Assembly (NCBI GenBank): GCA_020847095.1
Contig: JADLCR010000096.1
Span: 1,127 to 65,126, forward strand
Source of the DNA: Oligoflexia bacterium
GTDB lineage: Bacteria; Bdellovibrionota; Bdellovibrionia; JABDDW01
Direction of reading: 5' to 3'
Length of the DNA stretch: 64,000 nt
The position numbers and the translations under genes were made by a program. This document shows, in pieces, positions 59,817-64,000 of the stretch (its first letter is position 1; every line of letters begins with the position of its first letter). The notes beneath the pieces were generated by a model that saw nothing but the letters and a program-made list of their open reading frames with translations, was not told the origin of the DNA and did no database searches.

Positions 59817-61525
59817 ACTTGTTGATACTTTGGCCCGCCGCCGCCCTCGGGTACGGTCCAATCAATATTTTCAAAAGGACATTTGATATCGCACGTCTTG
59901 CAATGAATGCAGTTGGTGTAATTGATTTGAAGCTTCAGTTTTCCAGACACATCACCGTCGACCATTTCGTAGACGGCCGCAGGACAAAACTGCACGCAAG
60001 GGCTGACGTACTTTGGGTTACAAGTGTCAGAGCAAATCCTGGGATCTTTAAGCAATAAGTGATTGGGTGAATTTTCGTCATGGGATGTGCCCGTCAAATA
60101 AACACTTGATAGCTTGTCAAAAAATAAAACTCCATCTGGTTTAGGCAAGCTCAAATCGGGATCCTGTCCAATCTTGCGATCTCCCCAGACCTTGCGGGCG
60201 TCAAGCGTCGAAGCCGCATCCTTATGCATGGCTATTCTTCCCACCAGGCTTGCTCCGCCTGTGAGTTGTTGAAATCCCAGTAACAAGAAAGACTTCAACC
60301 AGCCCAAGCTTAGCGTTTGATGGAAGTGTCGTACTTTAAACAACTGCTTTTTAATAAAGCTGCCGTCAAGTTTGGTGGCGTAGGACTTAAGCGAGTCCGC
60401 ACTGAAGTCATTTTTCACCAAGGCCTCATAGGCCGTTTCGGCCGCAAGCATTCCCGACTTCATGGCCAGGTGAATGCCTTTAAGTTTTTGAACGTCTACA
60501 AGGCTCGCTGAATCACCGATAACCATACATCCATCAGCGTAGAGCTGCGGCATGGAGTACCAACCACCGGCAGGCAACGTCTTGCCACCGTACGCGATAA
60601 CTTTGCCGCCTTTGATTTTCTCCGCTATATAAGGGTGTGTCTTCAATTTTTGAAGCTCGCGATGAGGATCTAAATAAGGGTCCTTTGAATCGAGAAATGC
60701 TACAAGACCTAAAATAATCTGATCATTGCTCGTTGTATAAATAAAAGTTCCGCCCACTGCCTTTGAAAGTGGCCAGCCCATAGTATGAATCACTTGACCA
60801 GCTTTGACGGTACCTTGAGGCATTTGGATGACTTCTTTTACACCCTCTTCAAACACATCGGGGTCTTTACCATTTTTCAAACCGAGTCGTTGAGCAACTC
60901 GCTTGAAAAGGCTTCCCCGTGTTCCCTCGCCAAAGATAGTAACCTTAGATTTTAAAATATATCCGGGTTCAAAGTTTGATTTAGGGTTGCCATTCTTATC
61001 TAACCCTTTATCTCCAGTTTGAATTCCGACAACTTTATTTCCTTCATAAAGAACTTCATTTGCTGAAAACCCGGTAAAAATATTCACGCCATTTTCTTCG
61101 GCGATCTTGCCGAGCCAGCGGTTGAGCTTTGATAGAGAAACAATGTAATTACCTTTGTTTTTAAACGGTGGCGGAGTAATTGGAATTTTGAAACTCCATG
61201 TGCGCCCCAAGAAATAAACCGCATCTTCAGAAGCTTCCGCTTCAATGGGGCAGTTTTTCTCTTTATAATTTGGCACAAGCTCGCCGAGGGCCACCGGGTT
61301 CATGACTGCGCCACTTAGACTGTGCCCACCAATTTCAGAAGCCTTTTCAACTACTGCGATCATGGGATCGTTGATTGGAGTTCCCGACCTTTTGCCCTGC
61401 GAAACCTCTTCGTTGTGTAACTTGACCAGATTTACTAAATGAATCGCGCCGCTGAGACTTGCGACACCTCCGCCAACAAACACAGCGTCAAATTCCATTG
61501 TCTCTCTTTGAATATTTTCAGACAT
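59813..61525 (-). CDS. Electron transfer flavoprotein-ubiquinone oxidoreductase.
   Basis: N-terminal FAD-binding GGGVASLSGA and C-terminal 4Fe-4S ferredoxin motif CIHCKTCDIKCP. Confidence 0.9.
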   Translation of the reverse strand: MSENIQRETMEFDAVFVGGGVASLSGAIHLVNLVKLHNEEVSQGKRSGTPINDPMIAVVEKASEIGGHSLSGAVMNPVALGELVPNYKEKNCPIEAEASEDAVYFLGRTWSFKIPITPPPFKNKGNYIVSLSKLNRWLGKIAEENGVNIFTGFSANEVLYEGNKVVGIQTGDKGLDKNGNPKSNFEPGYILKSKVTIFGEGTRGSLFKRVAQRLGLKNGKDPDVFEEGVKEVIQMPQGTVKAGQVIHTMGWPLSKAVGGTFIYTTSNDQIILGLVAFLDSKDPYLDPHRELQKLKTHPYIAEKIKGGKVIAYGGKTLPAGGWYSMPQLYADGCMVIGDSASLVDVQKLKGIHLAMKSGMLAAETAYEALVKNDFSADSLKSYATKLDGSFIKKQLFKVRHFHQTLSLGWLKSFLLLGFQQLTGGASLVGRIAMHKDAASTLDARKVWGDRKIGQDPDLSLPKPDGVLFFDKLSSVYLTGTSHDENSPNHLLLKDPRICSDTCNPKYVSPCVQFCPAAVYEMVDGDVSGKLKLQINYTNCIHCKTCDIKCPFENIDWTVPEGGGGPKYQQV

Positions 61526-61539
61526 TGATCACTCCTGAA

Positions 61540-61767
61540 TTAAAACTGGCCGCCCTCGGTGTCTTCTTCTTCAGGGCCGTGGGCTTGGGTTGCTTCTAAA
61601 TCTTGTTTGGTTGGTTTTGTCTTTAGCTTTTGAACCGTGAGATCTGAATCATCACGACCACCCGGGTACGCTCGCCTTGATTGGGTGTACGTGGATTGAG
61701 GCGAGGTTGTTTGACCCACGGCTACGGAAAGACTGGCTAATATTAAAAAGACGGCTAAGACTTTCAT
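61540..61767 (-). CDS. Small secreted hypothetical protein.
   Basis: Signal peptide. Confidence 0.35.
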   Translation of the reverse strand: MKVLAVFLILASLSVAVGQTTSPQSTYTQSRRAYPGGRDDSDLTVQKLKTKPTKQDLEATQAHGPEEEDTEGGQF

Positions 61768-62078
61768 TTCTTCAGCGACCCCTTTTTCTTGGTCTTTTGG
61801 GGCTTTTGTTTTTTCAGCTTTTTCTTATCCGAAGACCGCTCAGGTTTCGAGCTCTTCTTTAGTGTTTTTTTGCCCTGGGTTTTGGCGGGTTTAATCTTTT
61901 TGGTTGTCTTCGCAGGCGTCGAATCGGGCTCGATGGCCGGGGTCGGAATGGGATTACTCACTTCAACAGGGGGTGCTTGAATCTCTGGTGCCGGTTGAAT
62001 GGGAGCCGGCTCCCCCTCTTGTCCGTAGGCCCCAGTAGTCACGAGAACGGCTGCAATTATGCTTAGAAGAGTTTTCAT
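61764..62078 (-). CDS. Small secreted Lys/Pro-rich protein.
   Basis: Signal peptide and a low-complexity basic C-terminus. Confidence 0.4.
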   Translation of the reverse strand: MKTLLSIIAAVLVTTGAYGQEGEPAPIQPAPEIQAPPVEVSNPIPTPAIEPDSTPAKTTKKIKPAKTQGKKTLKKSSKPERSSDKKKLKKQKPQKTKKKGSLKK

Positions 62079-62175
62079 TGATTGTCCCCTTTTAACAGAC
62101 TGATTTCTGGGTATTTTCGCATAATTAGAACTTGCGTCAATGCCTCAATTTGGTAAAAAAAGGGTCCTTTTGAGG

Positions 62176-62250
62176 GCGAGCATAGCTCAGCGGTAGAGCA
62201 CTGCACTCACACTGCAGGGGCCACAGGTTCGATCCCTGTTGCTCGCACCA
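62176..62250 (+). tRNA. tRNA-Val (anticodon CAC).
   Basis: Acceptor GCGAGCA/TGCTCGC, anticodon loop CTCACAC, T-loop TTCGATC, CCA encoded. Confidence 0.9.
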
Positions 62251-62375
62251 ATTTTCGTTTATCGCTTTTGTGGCGAATTGAATTTTCTTAGACTTTCTAA
62301 CTAATTGAAAACACTGAAAAGCGCCTGGTGATCACCGCCTGTTTATTTCGCAAAGTTTCGCGAAATTTCATATGT

Positions 62376-62405
62376 TTGCTACTTCTTGCTACTTGCTTTG
62401 CTACT
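62376..62405 (+). repeat. Three direct copies of the octamer TGCTACTT at 10-12 bp spacing (iteron-like).
   Basis: Read directly from the sequence: tgctacttct tgctacttgcttt gctactt. Confidence 0.7.
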
Positions 62406-62487
62406 TTTGATTTTCGTCGTTTTCCACTCGTAGTTCTATTCGGGTTTCTTAGTGCCTTCTTCTTCCAACATTTAAAGGAGGCTACTT

Positions 62488-62538
62488 ATGTACCGTCTGT
62501 TAGTTCGACTGATGTTGTTATTTGCCCTCAGACAGTGA
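62488..62538 (+). CDS. 16-codon leader ORF (MYRLLVRLMLLFALRQ) with a strong Shine-Dalgarno.
   Basis: AAAGGAGG sits 6 nt upstream of the ATG. Stop TGA at 62536-62538. Not in the ORF track because it is too short. Confidence 0.3.
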   Translation: MYRLLVRLMLLFALRQ

Positions 62539-62561
62539 AGGGTTGTAATCTTATTTATCAT

Positions 62562-63227
62562 ATGGACTATTTTGAGATCAAAAGTAATGGAAACACATTC
62601 GAGATACAGGGATTTCCAAATGCTGCTAAGGTAATTAAAATTGCCGGCCCCAAAGCCAAACGTCTTGCAGACTTGGCTTTACATAAGAACGATCTCGACT
62701 TTGCGCTTTCATGCTTGGAACAGATCAATAATGTGAGTGATAAAACATTTGTTGTTAAGCAAGCTTTATGGAGAAGTGCCATTGTTCATTATGTGAAATG
62801 TTTTGGAAAAAGTAAGGCGCGCTTTAGTTTGCAATATGCTCAAATTTATAAAGGTCAAGCCGAAGCAAAAGAGCCTTATAAATATTTTGATAGTTTGAGA
62901 AAAAAACATTTAGTTCACGATGAAAATTCATACGCTCAATGTTTAACGGGAGCAATTCTCAACAAAGCTGATGCCTCTTATAAAATTGAAAAAATAATAT
63001 GTCTAAGTGTTATAGGAGAAACCCTATCACAAGGTAATTATAGCAATCTTCACCTTTTGATTAGTGTTGCAAAAAAATGGGTGGTCGCTGATTTTGACAA
63101 ACTGTGTGTAGAGCTGACTAATGATTTAGAGTCCAAGCCATACAGTGATCTACTATCTAAAGAGGCAATTACCTACGTCGCCCCCGACCAAAATGATGTT
63201 CATAAATTAAGACCAAAGGAATTATAA
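62562..63227 (+). CDS. Hypothetical protein encoded by an AT-rich orphan gene downstream of tRNA-Val. The track ORF start at 62328 is rejected.
   Basis: First in-frame ATG after the repeat region. 221 aa. No recognisable motif. Confidence 0.45.
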   Translation: MDYFEIKSNGNTFEIQGFPNAAKVIKIAGPKAKRLADLALHKNDLDFALSCLEQINNVSDKTFVVKQALWRSAIVHYVKCFGKSKARFSLQYAQIYKGQAEAKEPYKYFDSLRKKHLVHDENSYAQCLTGAILNKADASYKIEKIICLSVIGETLSQGNYSNLHLLISVAKKWVVADFDKLCVELTNDLESKPYSDLLSKEAITYVAPDQNDVHKLRPKEL

Positions 63228-63233
63228 AATAAA

Positions 63234-63256
63234 CGGCGGGATTGTATGTCCCGCCG
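63234..63256. terminator. Bidirectional hairpin terminator between convergent genes.
   Basis: cggcggga-ttgtatg-tcccgccg, flanked by A/T runs. Confidence 0.6.
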
Positions 63257-63261
63257 AAAGT

Positions 63262-63990
63262 CTACTGAACCGATTCTGGATTATTCATGATCAAAATAGC
63301 TGCCATTAACTTCGGCAGATAGTCCTTATCGTTTTCAAACCCATTTCGAATGAGAGTCCAAGCATTTCGAGAACCAGTCTTATCGATACCTCTTTGTAGA
63401 TGCTTTGCTCCCATGTTGTAAGACATGACTGAAAGATGCCAGTCTTTAAACACAAGCTGCTCAGCCTTTAAGTATCTCATCGCTGCATCTGTCTCGATAT
63501 CGACATTAAGTCTATCATCGACTTGATTATCGACTCGCATACCAAAGTTTTTTGCCGTTGACGGAATGAATTGCCATAAACCTGCAGCTCTTCCAGGAGT
63601 ATTGCTGTCTGTTTCGCTTAGGTTCTGGTAACCACTTTCAATGATCGGCAATGCCAATATTTCAAATGGCACTTGGTATTCCTTGAGCTTGCCCTCCACA
63701 AGACTTCTGTGATTCTCCAGTCTTTGCAGAGCATTCTTCATATACTCGCGACCTTCTGGTGTACCTATATAACGATTTAGTTGTTTAAGTACTAAGTCGT
63801 TCACGACAACTGGAAAATCTGAGTTCACAGCAGCCTTTGTCTGCATTTTTTTGGCATCAGCCATGCTGACTCTTCGATCTTGCACTAAACCTTGTGATGC
63901 AAAGGCTGTTGCGGTCATAAGCGCAACTATTAATCCTCCGGTGATCCAACTGATCGACCTTCTTTTGTTAATCTTTGATGCTGAAAACAT
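63262..63990 (-). CDS. Lytic transglycosylase (SLT domain) with a signal/TM anchor.
   Basis: SLT catalytic motif PIIESGYQ…AAGLWQFIPSTAKNFG. Confidence 0.8.
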   Translation of the reverse strand: MFSASKINKRRSISWITGGLIVALMTATAFASQGLVQDRRVSMADAKKMQTKAAVNSDFPVVVNDLVLKQLNRYIGTPEGREYMKNALQRLENHRSLVEGKLKEYQVPFEILALPIIESGYQNLSETDSNTPGRAAGLWQFIPSTAKNFGMRVDNQVDDRLNVDIETDAAMRYLKAEQLVFKDWHLSVMSYNMGAKHLQRGIDKTGSRNAWTLIRNGFENDKDYLPKLMAAILIMNNPESVQ

Positions 63991-64000
63991 TTTTTCTATC

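Noticed and set aside
62328-62561. N-terminal 78 codons of the track ORF 62328..63227 (GTG start)
   Set aside because: This stretch is low-complexity, repeat-derived sequence (the TGCTACTT repeats) that overlaps the Shine-Dalgarno and leader ORF in another frame. The first ATG is at 62562.

Overview
This 64 kb window looks like a bacterial chromosome segment, plausibly from a Bdellovibrio-like predatory bacterium, although that is low-confidence inference from gene content and the many secreted hypothetical proteins. By eye it is moderately AT-rich and contains no rRNA genes and no CRISPR array.

Main content, left to right:
- A periplasmic electron-transfer locus: three multiheme c-type cytochromes plus the System II cytochrome c maturation pair ccsB/ccsA, with further mono-heme cytochromes nearby.
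- Secreted enzymes: an S9A prolyl oligopeptidase, an M15 peptidase, a copper amine oxidase, a sulfatase and an NHL-repeat protein.
- A roughly 7.1 kb integrase-bearing genomic island inserted at the 3' end of tRNA-Asp(GTC) and flanked by a 14-bp direct repeat of that tRNA end. The island carries int/xis, a PUA/EVE-like gene, a PstI/Eco57I-family N6-adenine methyltransferase with a putative restriction endonuclease, and three tightly linked genes of unknown function. The three unknown genes are the best candidate here for an undescribed defence-type module.
- A second tRNA (Val-TAC) whose 3' end carries a 16-bp tandem duplication, suggesting an old integration or excision scar.
- Conserved housekeeping clusters: clpP-clpX-lon, pepA, ppx/gppA, tig, ctpA-envC-ftsX-ftsE, tolQ-tolR-tolA-tolB (followed by a cyclophilin and cutA rather than pal), and ETF-ubiquinone oxidoreductase.
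- An ArsA-like ATPase pair in a six-gene operon with a TPR lipoprotein, a CysZ/EI24-like membrane protein and an ATP-grasp ligase.
- A third tRNA (Val-CAC) followed by iteron-like octamer repeats, a 16-codon leader ORF with a strong Shine-Dalgarno, and an AT-rich orphan gene.

All domain and family calls rest on motifs read directly from the translations, with no database searches run. Start codons are approximate.
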